Positions 48,352-57,573 of a stretch of DNA of 64,000 nt are shown here, piece after piece. Every line of letters begins with the position of its first letter. Positions within the stretch are counted from its first letter, which is position 1. Made by a program: the position numbers and the translations under genes. Location of the stretch: positions 1-64,000 of the forward strand of contig JBCNVM010000001.1 in assembly GCA_039630085.1 (NCBI GenBank), read 5' to 3'. The DNA is from Candidatus Caldarchaeales archaeon. GTDB lineage: Archaea > Thermoproteota > Nitrososphaeria_A > Caldarchaeales > Calditenuaceae. The notes below the pieces were generated by a model. It made no database searches. It was not told the origin of the DNA and saw only the letters and a list, made by a program, of their open reading frames with translations.

Positions 48352-50076
48352 ATGAACCCCGAGGACATCCGCCAGCTGGTCTACAAGTGGGCCCTCAAGA
48401 ACGCGCACGACCACGGCGGGTCGGCACAGGACAAGGCTGTGATCTCTAAGGTGATCGCGGAGAGGCCGGAGCTGAAGGCCTCGATATCCGCGCTCTTGGA
48501 GCTGGTGAGGGAGGTCGTAGGGCAGGTCAACTCGATGACGCCCGACGCGATCGCGCAGGCCCTCTCGGAGCTGGCCCCCGAGCTCCTGGTCGAGAGGAAG
48601 GTCGAGGCCAAGAGGAGGCTTCCCCCGCTCCCGAACGCCGTCCCGGGGAACGTGGTGACGAGGCTGCCGCCGGAGCCGAGCGGTTACATGCACATCGGCC
48701 ACGCGCTCAGCGGGCTTCTCAACTACCTCTACAAGGAGATGTACGGAGGGAAGGTCTGGCTCAGGTTCGAGGACACGGACCCGAGGAAGGTGAGGCCGGA
48801 GTACTACGACAGCTACAGGGACGGGTACAGGTGGGCCGGGATAAGGTGGGACCACGAGAAGTGCAACAGCGACGACATGGAGCTCTTCTATCACTACGCG
48901 GTCAAGCTGATCGAATCAGGGAGGGCCTACGCCTGCGCGTGCAGCCGCGAGACCATGAAGAGGCTGAGGTCCGAGGGCGTCCCCTGCGAGCACAGGGCCC
49001 AGCCCGCCGAGGTCAACGCGGAGCTCTGGGAGGGGATGCTGGAGGGCAGGTTCTCCGAAGGCGAGGTCTCGCTGCGGCTCGTCGGAGACATGGCTTCGGC
49101 GAACACGACCCTGAGGGACCCCGTGATCATGAGAATCGTAGAGTCGCCGCACCCGTTGAAGGGCGACAGGTACAGGGTCTGGCCTACCTACGACTTCGCG
49201 GTCAGCATAGAGGACGCGATATGCGGGGTCACCCACGTTCTCCGGACATCGGAGTTCATGCTCAGGGACGAGCTCCAGAACCTGATAAGACAGTACCTCT
49301 CGATGCCCAACCCGACCTACGTCGAGTACGAGAGGTTCGAGTTCGAGGGGACGCCCGTCTCGAGGAGGGAGATCAGGTCGCTCATCGAGAGGGGCGTGGT
49401 CTCGGGATGGGACGACCCGAGGCTCGCGACGATCGCCTCGATCAGGAGGAGGGGGATAGTCCCGGAGGCGCTGAAGGAGTTCGTCGAGAGGTACGTCGCC
49501 TTGACGCAGAGCAGGAAGGTCTACTCCTGGGACCTCCTCTACGCGATCAACAGGAGGATGATCGACGACCGGGCGCCGAGGATGTTCTTCGTCAAGGACC
49601 CCGTGAGGCTCAGGCTGGAGGGCCCGGGCACCCTCAAGGTCGATGTGCCCCTGCACCCGAGCGGGAGGCTCGGGCAGAGGAGGCTGAGGGTCTCGGGGGA
49701 GGTCTACGTCCCCGCGGAGGACGTCAGGGCCGTCGGTCCCGGGGGCGCGCTCAGGCTGAAGTTCCTCGGCAACGTGACGCTGAGGTCAGTCTCCGACGGC
49801 GACGCGGTGGGGGTCCTCGAGGCCGCACCGCCGTTACCGGGCCTTAGAGTGATCCAGTGGGTGCCGGTAGAGGAGGCCGTGAACGTGAGGGTTCTGATCC
49901 CGGGACCGCTCCTTAACCCGGACGGATCCCTGAACGACTCGAGCTTGGAGGTCGTCGAGGGCGTCGCCGAGAGAGCCGTGACCTCGCTGGATGTGGATAT
50001 GCACGTCCAGTTCGAAAGGTTCGGGTACTGCGTTAGGGACAGGTCACCCAACGCCTTCGTGATGGCTCACCGCTGA
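48352..50076 (+). CDS. gltX: Glutamyl-tRNA synthetase
   Basis: PPEPSGYMHIGH, RFEDTDP, WPTYDF, GWDDPRL, QFERFGY. Confidence 0.95.
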   Translation: MNPEDIRQLVYKWALKNAHDHGGSAQDKAVISKVIAERPELKASISALLELVREVVGQVNSMTPDAIAQALSELAPELLVERKVEAKRRLPPLPNAVPGNVVTRLPPEPSGYMHIGHALSGLLNYLYKEMYGGKVWLRFEDTDPRKVRPEYYDSYRDGYRWAGIRWDHEKCNSDDMELFYHYAVKLIESGRAYACACSRETMKRLRSEGVPCEHRAQPAEVNAELWEGMLEGRFSEGEVSLRLVGDMASANTTLRDPVIMRIVESPHPLKGDRYRVWPTYDFAVSIEDAICGVTHVLRTSEFMLRDELQNLIRQYLSMPNPTYVEYERFEFEGTPVSRREIRSLIERGVVSGWDDPRLATIASIRRRGIVPEALKEFVERYVALTQSRKVYSWDLLYAINRRMIDDRAPRMFFVKDPVRLRLEGPGTLKVDVPLHPSGRLGQRRLRVSGEVYVPAEDVRAVGPGGALRLKFLGNVTLRSVSDGDAVGVLEAAPPLPGLRVIQWVPVEEAVNVRVLIPGPLLNPDGSLNDSSLEVVEGVAERAVTSLDVDMHVQFERFGYCVRDRSPNAFVMAHR

Positions 50077-50195
50077 CGCCTCTTCCTCACGAACTGCTCG
50101 TGTCCCCTCGGACAGACGACGTAGTAGTGGTCACCTCTGTCCTCCTCGTGGACCGACTCGACCTCGACCCTGCAGATCAGGCACTCGAACCTCAA
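50067..50195 (-). CDS. 42-aa Zn-finger microprotein (below ORF-track cutoff)
   Basis: TTG start after GAGGTGGG; MRFECLICRVEVESVHEEDRGDHYYVVCPRGHEQFVRKRRQR with CxxC...CxxGH; host-like codons. Confidence 0.6.
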   Translation of the reverse strand: MRFECLICRVEVESVHEEDRGDHYYVVCPRGHEQFVRKRRQR

Positions 50196-50206
50196 GCGCT
50201 CCCACC

Positions 50207-50548
50207 TCAGGGGGGCCTCTGGAACGCGAGCTTGCCCCCCTCCATGACCAGCTCGTACTCCTCGTTAACCTCGAACTTCACCCCGAGCCTCTCGTACTCC
50301 TCCTCGGTCAGGTAGAGGACCATCTTGGGGATCACCCTGTCCCTCTGGACCGGCATCAGGCCCATCCACTGGAGCTGCGTGAGGAGCGACTGGAAGATCT
50401 GCTGGGCGACGACGACCTCCTCCGCGGCGTAGACGCCCCTCGAGGAGGGAGCTGGCCTGACCTCGACCAGCTCGATCACCTTGCCGGGCCTCCCGGTGTC
50501 CGGGTCGCTGTAGGAGGAGACCCTGAAGACCCTGACCCGAACCCTCAC
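50207..50548 (-). CDS. Arcadin-1
   Basis: GKVIELVE, PKMVLYLTEEEYERLGVKFEVN..YE matches my recollection of the arcadin-1 family; GTG 50548 downstream of a CTTATC box. Confidence 0.75.
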   Translation of the reverse strand: MRVRVRVFRVSSYSDPDTGRPGKVIELVEVRPAPSSRGVYAAEEVVVAQQIFQSLLTQLQWMGLMPVQRDRVIPKMVLYLTEEEYERLGVKFEVNEEYELVMEGGKLAFQRPP

Positions 50549-50633
50549 GGGCGGACGGATGGCTCCGAGGTGATAAGTCTGACCTCGGACAGGGTACCAC
50601 ACCGTTAAATCGGTCCCGGAGGGACGTTGCGTG

Positions 50634-51050
50634 ATGACCGAGAGGACCTTCGTGATGCTGAAGCCGAGCGCGGTCGAGAGGGGGCTGATCGGCGAGATAA
50701 TCTCGAGGTTCGAGAGGAAGGGGCTCAGGCTGGTCGCGATGAAGGCCCTGACCCTGTCCAGAGCCCAGGCGGAGGAGCTCTACTCCGTCCACAGGGGGAA
50801 GCACTTCTACGAGGAGCTGGTGAACAGGATGTCCGGGAGGAGGGTCGTGGTCATGGTGCTGGAGGGCAGGTCGGCGGTCTCCGTCGTCAGGAAGCTCACC
50901 GGAGCGACCGATCCCGTGAACGCGGAGCCAGGGACTATAAGGGGGGACCTGGGACTCGACCTGACGGACAACCTGGTCCACGCCTCCGACAGCGCGGAGA
51001 GCTTCTCCCGGGAGTGCTCGATATTCTTCAGCACCTCCGAGCTTACATGA
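50634..51050 (+). CDS. ndk: Nucleoside diphosphate kinase
   Basis: ERTFVMLKP, GEIISRFE, PGTIRGD, NLVHASDS. Confidence 0.95.
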   Translation: MTERTFVMLKPSAVERGLIGEIISRFERKGLRLVAMKALTLSRAQAEELYSVHRGKHFYEELVNRMSGRRVVVMVLEGRSAVSVVRKLTGATDPVNAEPGTIRGDLGLDLTDNLVHASDSAESFSRECSIFFSTSELT

Positions 51051-51110
51051 TGAAGGACCAATAACAGTCCTCAAATAAAACTTATCTATCACTATTCCAT
51101 ATCTAAATCG

Positions 51111-52016
51111 GTGGAGAGCGCAGTAGAGAGGGACGAGTACGAATCGGCGTCCGGCGCTCAACCATCCTTTTTGGACTACCGGTCGGTGCAGTCCTTCCCG
51201 GAAGAAACTCGGGAGATCTCGGCCCTCCACGCTTTACGGAGCTCCATGATCACCTATTCTAGGATGCTGTTCGCGAGGCAGATAGACGGCCGGACCTACC
51301 TCGAGCTGATGGCCAACGCCTACGAGCAGATCAGGAGGGTCCTGATGAAGGCCCTCGAGGAGGGGTACCCAGAGAGCTTCTTCCGGAGCTACGCGGAGGT
51401 CTTCAGCGACCCTGCCGTGACGAAGACGGCCGTCTTTCTCATCTACAACCACAAGTCCTTCGGCCTGAGCCTCGAGGAGGCCAAGTGGTGCGGCCTGGTG
51501 CTTCAGGGCAACGTCGCCGACGCGGGGCCGCCGCCGGTCGGGCGTCCCCAGCCCTCTACGGAAGTGCGTCCTAAGGTGGAGGGACCTCCGACCATCGACG
51601 AGGGGCTTCAGGCCCGGGTCGTTGAAAAGGAGCCAGCGGTCGCTAAGGCTGCGTCCTCCACCACCGGGACCCCGGGTGCCGCGGTCGAGGTCCAAGACGA
51701 ATTCACCGAGATCGCGAACGCCCTCCGGGTCGAGAGGGACAGGCTGCCGGAGAGGGAGCGGCACCTCGTGTATCTGGCCCTGTTAGCGATTTCCTACTGT
51801 AGGGGTAAAGTGGACCGGTCGCAGCTGGTTAATCTCGGTAACGAGTATCTGGATAAGGCGGTCGGGCTCGACGCGATTTACTTGGGTGAGGCGAGGAAGG
51901 CCCTGCTCAGAAGGCTGGCCTCGATGCTGAAGGGCAGGAACGTCCCCTCCGCGATTATAGCGGTGTTCGAGAACCCAGAGATCCTGAGCTCCGGCAGGAG
52001 GATCAGGATCCAGTGA
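51111..52016 (+). CDS. Two-domain helical protein with Pro-rich linker, candidate Vps28-like
   Basis: 301-aa ORF after an AT-rich promoter-like region; two segments resemble the Vps28 N- and C-terminal domains (see findings). Confidence 0.5.
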   Translation: MESAVERDEYESASGAQPSFLDYRSVQSFPEETREISALHALRSSMITYSRMLFARQIDGRTYLELMANAYEQIRRVLMKALEEGYPESFFRSYAEVFSDPAVTKTAVFLIYNHKSFGLSLEEAKWCGLVLQGNVADAGPPPVGRPQPSTEVRPKVEGPPTIDEGLQARVVEKEPAVAKAASSTTGTPGAAVEVQDEFTEIANALRVERDRLPERERHLVYLALLAISYCRGKVDRSQLVNLGNEYLDKAVGLDAIYLGEARKALLRRLASMLKGRNVPSAIIAVFENPEILSSGRRIRIQ

Positions 52017-52215
52017 CCCCTCGCTTCTGAATCGCGGCCGTCTTGCCCGCGAGCGTCCACTTGACCTTCCTCGGGTCCTTCCTGCGCTCGACCATGTAGA
52101 CCCTGCACCTCCTGCTGCAGAACCAGAGGAGCGTCCCGTCCCTCCTGACGTAGAGCATCCCGACCCCGTGGGGGAACTGCCTCTCGCAGAAGGCGCACCT
52201 GTGCGTCGTCACCAT
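52003..52215 (-). CDS. rpl24e: 50S ribosomal protein eL24
   Basis: CAFC...G.GMLYVRRDG...FCSRRC...PRKVKWT. Confidence 0.93.
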   Translation of the reverse strand: MVTTHRCAFCERQFPHGVGMLYVRRDGTLLWFCSRRCRVYMVERRKDPRKVKWTLAGKTAAIQKRGVTGS

Positions 52216-52338
52216 CTCCTTTCGTGCTGCTTCGCTGGGGCTCAACTTAAAGACCTTGCCGCACGGGGGACGCCCGAGCGGCGGCGACCCGAAGCATCGG
52301 GAACGCCGGAGGACGGAGGGAAACGGTGGTTTGCGGCG

Positions 52339-52426
52339 CGGGCCCGCCGGGACTCGAACCCGGGACCTTCGGCTTTCCCCGGCCAGATAGAAGGCCGACG
52401 CTCTGTCCTGGCTGAGCTACGGGCCC
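52339..52426 (-). tRNA. tRNA-Arg(TCT) with 13-nt intron at 37/38 (52375-52387)
   Basis: GGGCCCG/CGGGCCC acceptor; TCGGC-CTTCTA|intron|A-GCCGA; spliced length 75 nt. Confidence 0.92.
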
Positions 52427-52492
52427 CACATGACTCACTCGCAGGTGAATATCAAGTGAGCGCAGGACCGCTCTGGATGAGTTTTCGCGTCC

Positions 52493-53200
52493 TCAGACGC
52501 CGACGGCTAAGAACTTCCTGATCTGCTCTACCTCGGCATCGAACCTGTCGGACGTCGACTCCCAGACTATCTTACCTCCGACCATCACGAGGACCCTGTC
52601 AGACACCTTCGTCAGGAGCTTGTACCGCGTCCCTTGCTCAACTAGGAGCACCGAGAGCCCCGACTCCTTCATCGTAGTTATTATTCCGTAAATCCGGTTG
52701 GCGATGATGGGACTGACGCCCTCTGTGGGCTCGTCGACCAACAAGATCGAGGGCTTCATGAGGAGGGCCCTTAGGAGCGCGACTATCTTCCTCTCGCCGC
52801 CGCTCAGGGAGTCCGCCCGCCTGTCGAGCAGCGACTTCACCTCGGGATAAATCTCGACCGCCTGGCTCAGGTCAACCTGCTTCCTCCCCGCGGCGAGCCT
52901 GAAGTTGTCGAGCACCGACACGCCGGGGATAAGGCCGGTGTAGTCCGGCACATACGCGACGCCCCTCGAGGCTATCGCGTGGGTCGGAAGCCGCGAGATG
53001 TCGGTCCCGTTCAGGATCACCTTGCCCCTCTTCGCGACCCCGATGTTCATCACCGACTTGAGCAGAGTGGTCTTCCCCACACCGTTCCTCCCTATCAGGG
53101 AGACGACCTCGCCCCTCTGCACGTCGAGGCTGACGTCGAAGAGCACCTGAGCCTTGCCGTAAAAGGCGTCGAGGTTGCGGACCGAGAGGACCTCGCTCAT
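52493..53200 (-). CDS. livF: Liv-type ABC transporter ATPase
   Basis: GRNGVGKTT, LSGGE, DEPTEG. Confidence 0.88.
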   Translation of the reverse strand: MSEVLSVRNLDAFYGKAQVLFDVSLDVQRGEVVSLIGRNGVGKTTLLKSVMNIGVAKRGKVILNGTDISRLPTHAIASRGVAYVPDYTGLIPGVSVLDNFRLAAGRKQVDLSQAVEIYPEVKSLLDRRADSLSGGERKIVALLRALLMKPSILLVDEPTEGVSPIIANRIYGIITTMKESGLSVLLVEQGTRYKLLTKVSDRVLVMVGGKIVWESTSDRFDAEVEQIRKFLAVGV

Positions 53201-53895
53201 CCCAGATACACCTCCCTCACCCTCGAGTCCGCGGCTATCGCCTGCGGCGCGCCGTCCGCGAGGACCTCTCCCCGGTGCATCACGACGATCCGACGGGCCA
53301 GCGTGAAGACGACGTCCATGTCGTGCTCGACCACGACCAGTGTCACACTCGACGGGAGTGACTGGAGCAGAGAGACTATTCTCTCCTTCTCGCCGACGTT
53401 GAGTCCTGCGGTGGGCTCGTCGAGGAAGAGGACCGAGGGCTTCGAGAGGAGGGCCATCCCCAGCTCGAGGACCTTCATCAGCCCGTAGGGGAGGAGCGCC
53501 GCCCTAGTGGTGAGGTAGTGTTTGAGCCCCAACCCCTCGATGAGCCCCCTCACCTCCCCGGCGTCGGCTCCCGCCGTAGAGGACGCCACCATCAGGTTCT
53601 GCTCGACGGTGAGGGACTTGAAGACGCTCGGGATCTGGAAGGTCCTGTTGAGCCCCTCCTTCACCCTCTCGTGTGGGCTCTGCCCGGTGATGTCACGGCC
53701 GTTGAGGAGGACCTTGCCCTCGTCGGCCCTCAACTGTCCTGTGACGAGGTTGATGAAGGTCGTCTTCCCTGCGCCGTTTGGGCCGATTATCGCGGTCCTC
53801 TCGCCCTCCTCGAAGGAGAGGGAGACCCTGTTGACGGCGACGAACTCGCCGAACCTCTTGACCAGCCCCTCTGTCCTCAGAACCTCCCTCCCCAT
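53197..53895 (-). CDS. livG: Liv-type ABC transporter ATPase
   Basis: GPNGAGKTT, RTFQ, LPYG, LDEPTAGL, EHDM. Confidence 0.88.
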   Translation of the reverse strand: MGREVLRTEGLVKRFGEFVAVNRVSLSFEEGERTAIIGPNGAGKTTFINLVTGQLRADEGKVLLNGRDITGQSPHERVKEGLNRTFQIPSVFKSLTVEQNLMVASSTAGADAGEVRGLIEGLGLKHYLTTRAALLPYGLMKVLELGMALLSKPSVLFLDEPTAGLNVGEKERIVSLLQSLPSSVTLVVVEHDMDVVFTLARRIVVMHRGEVLADGAPQAIAADSRVREVYLG

Positions 53896-54821
53896 AGCCT
53901 CTCCACCAGCCCCAGAATGCCTCCCCTGGCGCCGAGGAGGAGCGCTACTAGAACGATCCCCATGAAGAGCTGCCAGAACTCCGCGACTCGCGCGGTGACC
54001 GTGGTCACTGTCACGAAGACGGCGGCACCCACGGGCGGACCGAGGAAGTATTGAGAGCCTCCGAGGAGCGTCATGATCAGGGGCTCCGCAGCCATGGTCC
54101 AGTACGCGATGTCCGGGGTCACGGTCCTCATCAGGAGGGCGTAGAGGGTTCCCGCGAGGCCGCTGAAGGCCCCGGAGATCACGAGCCCGGCCAGCTTGTA
54201 CCTGTAGACGCTCAGCCCGGTGAACTTGAACCTGTCCTCGTTGTCGCCGAGGGCCCTCAGGAGCAGCCCTAGCCTCGAACTGTCGATCCACCTCAGCAGC
54301 AGCACGCTGACCGCGAAGAACAGGAAGAGCATCGGGTAGAAGCTCTCGACCGTCGGCATACTGAAGTACGCGGACGCCCTCGGTATCCCCGATATCCCGT
54401 CGCTCCCTCCGGTCACGTCCCTCCACTTGATCAGGAGCGAGTAGAAAAGCATCGCGAAGGCGAGCGTCAGCATCGCGAAGTAGATGCTGGTGTGCCGCAG
54501 GGTGAGGGCGCCCACCGCGAGAGCCAGGAGGAGGGCGAGCGCGAGGCCTACTGCCATCCCGACGAGCATGTCGGGGACGAACCGCGTCGTGGTCAGGGCC
54601 AGACCGTATGCGCCAGCCGCGAAGAAGAGCGAGTGGCCGAAGGAGACGTGCTTGAGGTACCCGAAGACCACGTTGTACGCGTTGGCGAATATCGCGAAGA
54701 TCATGAAGAGGGAGGTCAGGTAGATCAGGAAGCCGTCACGCGTCAGCCCGACGGCGGCCGCTGCCGCGACCATGAAGATCAGTAGCGCCTCCCGCCTCAA
54801 CGCTCCCCGAAGATCCCCCAT
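53877..54821 (-). CDS. livM: Liv-type ABC permease
   Basis: SFGHSLFF, YFAMLTLAF, TGGSDG. Confidence 0.88.
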   Translation of the reverse strand: MGDLRGALRREALLIFMVAAAAAVGLTRDGFLIYLTSLFMIFAIFANAYNVVFGYLKHVSFGHSLFFAAGAYGLALTTTRFVPDMLVGMAVGLALALLLALAVGALTLRHTSIYFAMLTLAFAMLFYSLLIKWRDVTGGSDGISGIPRASAYFSMPTVESFYPMLFLFFAVSVLLLRWIDSSRLGLLLRALGDNEDRFKFTGLSVYRYKLAGLVISGAFSGLAGTLYALLMRTVTPDIAYWTMAAEPLIMTLLGGSQYFLGPPVGAAVFVTVTTVTARVAEFWQLFMGIVLVALLLGARGGILGLVERLWGGRF

Positions 54822-55657
54822 GGTCTCACCAGCAGCACCACGGTCATGATCACGAAGATGAGGAGGATGTCGACCTCAGGGACGAACATGATGAAGAGGC
54901 TCTCGGAGACGCCGATGATCATCGACGCGATGAACGCCCCCACGAGATTGCCTAGGCCCGCTACGACGACGATGATGAACGCCACGATGATGAGGGAGTC
55001 CCCGAGCCCCGGGGCCACGGGTGTGAACGCCACCATGAAGGCACCGCCGAGCCCCGCCAAGAAGCTGCCCAGCATGAACGTCCTGCTGAAGATCCCTCTG
55101 CTGTCTATCCTGAGGGCCTCAGCCATGTGGAGGTCCCTCCAAGTCGCCCTTACCTTCAGCCCCCAGAAGGTCCTCTCTATCAGGTAGTAGAGCAGGACGA
55201 GCGTCGCGAGGGCGAGCGCTATCACCACGAGGTAAAAGAGCGGGAAAGGCCTCGGCCCGATGTAGACCGCCGTCGAGAGCTCCCTCGGGAGCGGAAGCGA
55301 CCTCGACTCAGGACCCCAGATGAACTTGCTCGCGTCGTTGATGATCAGGGTCAGGGCGAAGGTCATGAGGAGCTGGTAGAGGTTCTCGATCTTGTAAAGG
55401 GGCCTCAGAAGGGCGACCTCGCTCGCGAGGCCCACCAGCGCCACCACGGCCGCTGAGCCGAGCACGGAGAGGGCGAAGTTCCCGGTGATGGAGTGCATGG
55501 TGAGGGCCGTGTACCCCCCGAGCACGAAGAAGGTCGCGTGCGCGAAGTTGACGACCCGCGTCACCCCGAAGATCAGGGTCAGGCCCGACGCGATCAGCCA
55601 GTAATACGAGGACCTGAAGAGCCCTGTCAGGGCCTGATAAAAAATGGCGTCGATCAT
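54797..55657 (-). CDS. livH: Liv-type ABC permease
   Basis: GLTLIFGV..VVNFAH, AFIIVVVAGLG, VRPWG. Confidence 0.88.
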   Translation of the reverse strand: MIDAIFYQALTGLFRSSYYWLIASGLTLIFGVTRVVNFAHATFFVLGGYTALTMHSITGNFALSVLGSAAVVALVGLASEVALLRPLYKIENLYQLLMTFALTLIINDASKFIWGPESRSLPLPRELSTAVYIGPRPFPLFYLVVIALALATLVLLYYLIERTFWGLKVRATWRDLHMAEALRIDSRGIFSRTFMLGSFLAGLGGAFMVAFTPVAPGLGDSLIIVAFIIVVVAGLGNLVGAFIASMIIGVSESLFIMFVPEVDILLIFVIMTVVLLVRPWGIFGER

Positions 55658-55684
55658 GCGGCATCGTTCGACCAGTTGGTTGCG

Positions 55685-57058
55685 TCACGAGAACGGAGGC
55701 GACCTGTAGTACTCCCACGCCGACCTGGTGACGAGGCTGGTGAGAACCGGAATTTCTCCTCCGGTGTGCGCGATTTTGCCGTACGGGACGTCGTATATCG
55801 CTTGGTGGTCCTCGGGCCTGATCCACCTGGCGCCGGCGGGCGAGATGATGACGCGTCCCTCCGCCTGCTTGATCAGCGCGTCGATGTCGAAGGTCCCGGC
55901 GGACTCCAAGATCGACTTGACGAGGTAGATCGCGGTGTAGGTCGTCTCGGCGGAGTACGGCGGATACTTCCCGTACTTGGCCCTGAATGCCCTCACGAAG
56001 GCCCTGTTGACCTCGTTGTCGGGGTAGAACCAGACGTACCTTCCCGAGACCCAAGTACCGAGCGGCGCCGTCGGGTAGTCGGCCCCGAGTTCGTAGACGA
56101 CGTCTGTCGAGTAGCCCATCGGGTTGATGACCGCCCTCAGCTTATCGTAGGCTCCCAGCGCCTTCAGCTGCTTGTGCATTGTCGCCGCCTCTAACGCCCA
56201 GTTCGACGAGAAGAGGCCCTCCGCGCCCGCGGCGATCACCGCGGAGACGAAGGGACCGAAGTCCGTGGTCCCGGGACTTCTGTTGAACTGCTCCGCCACG
56301 AACTCGACGTCCGGCCTCAGCGCCGAGAGCGTCCTCTTGAAGAAGTCCCAGGAGACGCGGCCGTACTCGTAGTCCGGGTTGATGCCAGCCCACTTCTTCA
56401 CCGGGAGGTCCTTGGCAACGTATGCCGCGAGTATTCCGTCCTGGTAGACCGGGACGGAGACCCTGAAGATCTGCTTGATCTTCTGCTTGTAGACGAGCTC
56501 CTCCGTCACCCTGTGAGTCGCGGCGTGGGTCACGATCAGGATCTTGTTCAGCTCCTGCATCAGCGGCCCGACCCTCATCGCGTTCCCGCTGGAGTCGACG
56601 CCCACGAGGAAGTCGACCCTTTCGGCCTCCACGAGCTCCCTGGCCTGTTTGACGACGTCGGCCGCCTCGTCGCGGATCGAGAGCTCGACCCTGCTGCCGA
56701 GGATCCCCCCCGCGGCGTTAATCTCCTCGGCCGCGAGCCTTGCCCCCTGCTCGATGAACGTCCCGTAAGTCGCCCACGGCCCTGTCCTGATGCCGAGGAC
56801 TCCTATCTTCACCGTGTCCTTCGGGAGCTTCCTAACTGGCGTGACTTCCCTCGTCACGGTCACGGTCGTCTCCGGTCCGGGGCGCGTGACCGTGATCGTC
56901 CTCTCGCCGCCGGGCGCCGCGACGGTGGTGGTCCGGACCACCTCCCTGACCTCGGGTGACCTCAAGGCCCAGCCGAGCCCAGCGCCGACAACGACCCCCG
57001 CGACCCCACCTGCGAGGGTCGAGAGGAACCCACGCCTAGATATCTCCCCACGAGTCAT
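55685..57058 (-). CDS. Liv-type substrate-binding protein, Tat signal and Thr-rich linker
   Basis: SRRGFL, VKIGVL, AAEEINAAGGILG, PDYEYG. Confidence 0.88.
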   Translation of the reverse strand: MTRGEISRRGFLSTLAGGVAGVVVGAGLGWALRSPEVREVVRTTTVAAPGGERTITVTRPGPETTVTVTREVTPVRKLPKDTVKIGVLGIRTGPWATYGTFIEQGARLAAEEINAAGGILGSRVELSIRDEAADVVKQARELVEAERVDFLVGVDSSGNAMRVGPLMQELNKILIVTHAATHRVTEELVYKQKIKQIFRVSVPVYQDGILAAYVAKDLPVKKWAGINPDYEYGRVSWDFFKRTLSALRPDVEFVAEQFNRSPGTTDFGPFVSAVIAAGAEGLFSSNWALEAATMHKQLKALGAYDKLRAVINPMGYSTDVVYELGADYPTAPLGTWVSGRYVWFYPDNEVNRAFVRAFRAKYGKYPPYSAETTYTAIYLVKSILESAGTFDIDALIKQAEGRVIISPAGARWIRPEDHQAIYDVPYGKIAHTGGEIPVLTSLVTRSAWEYYRSPPFS

Positions 57059-57573
57059 ACGTCTGCTACTTCTGATCTCTTAAATTTAAGTTTGATGCGC
57101 GAGCATGTAAATTCATCCAATCTGATTTCCATATAACAACGTTATTAAGTGACCGTTGCGAATTAAGAGTCGCAGATCCCTTCGAAATCGAGGCTCGCGA
57201 GGGAGCAGTGGTCGCTCACGTCTCCCGATCCGAGCTGCCGTCGCGGCGATGGGGCCTCGGCGCGGTTCGGTCCCTTTCTTACGGCTAGCGGTCCGCTGAC
57301 GTCACCGTCGACTTGAATGGGCTTCCTTCACCTCGCGCTTCCGCTCCCGGCCGAAAAGATCCGAGCTCCACGCTCGCGGCTCACCGTTCCAGACGCTGAA
57401 TCCGGCCTCGCCGCGGCCGCACGATCGTCATCAGGAGCAGTCGACAGGACGCTCGCTGAGCCGGTAGGGACTTGACGCGCGGCTGCTCCAGGTCATCTCG
57501 AGCCGTTAGCGCTGGATGTCCCTCCGCTACGCGACCCGTTCAACTTAATATACGGGGGTCTTGGGTAGCGGGT

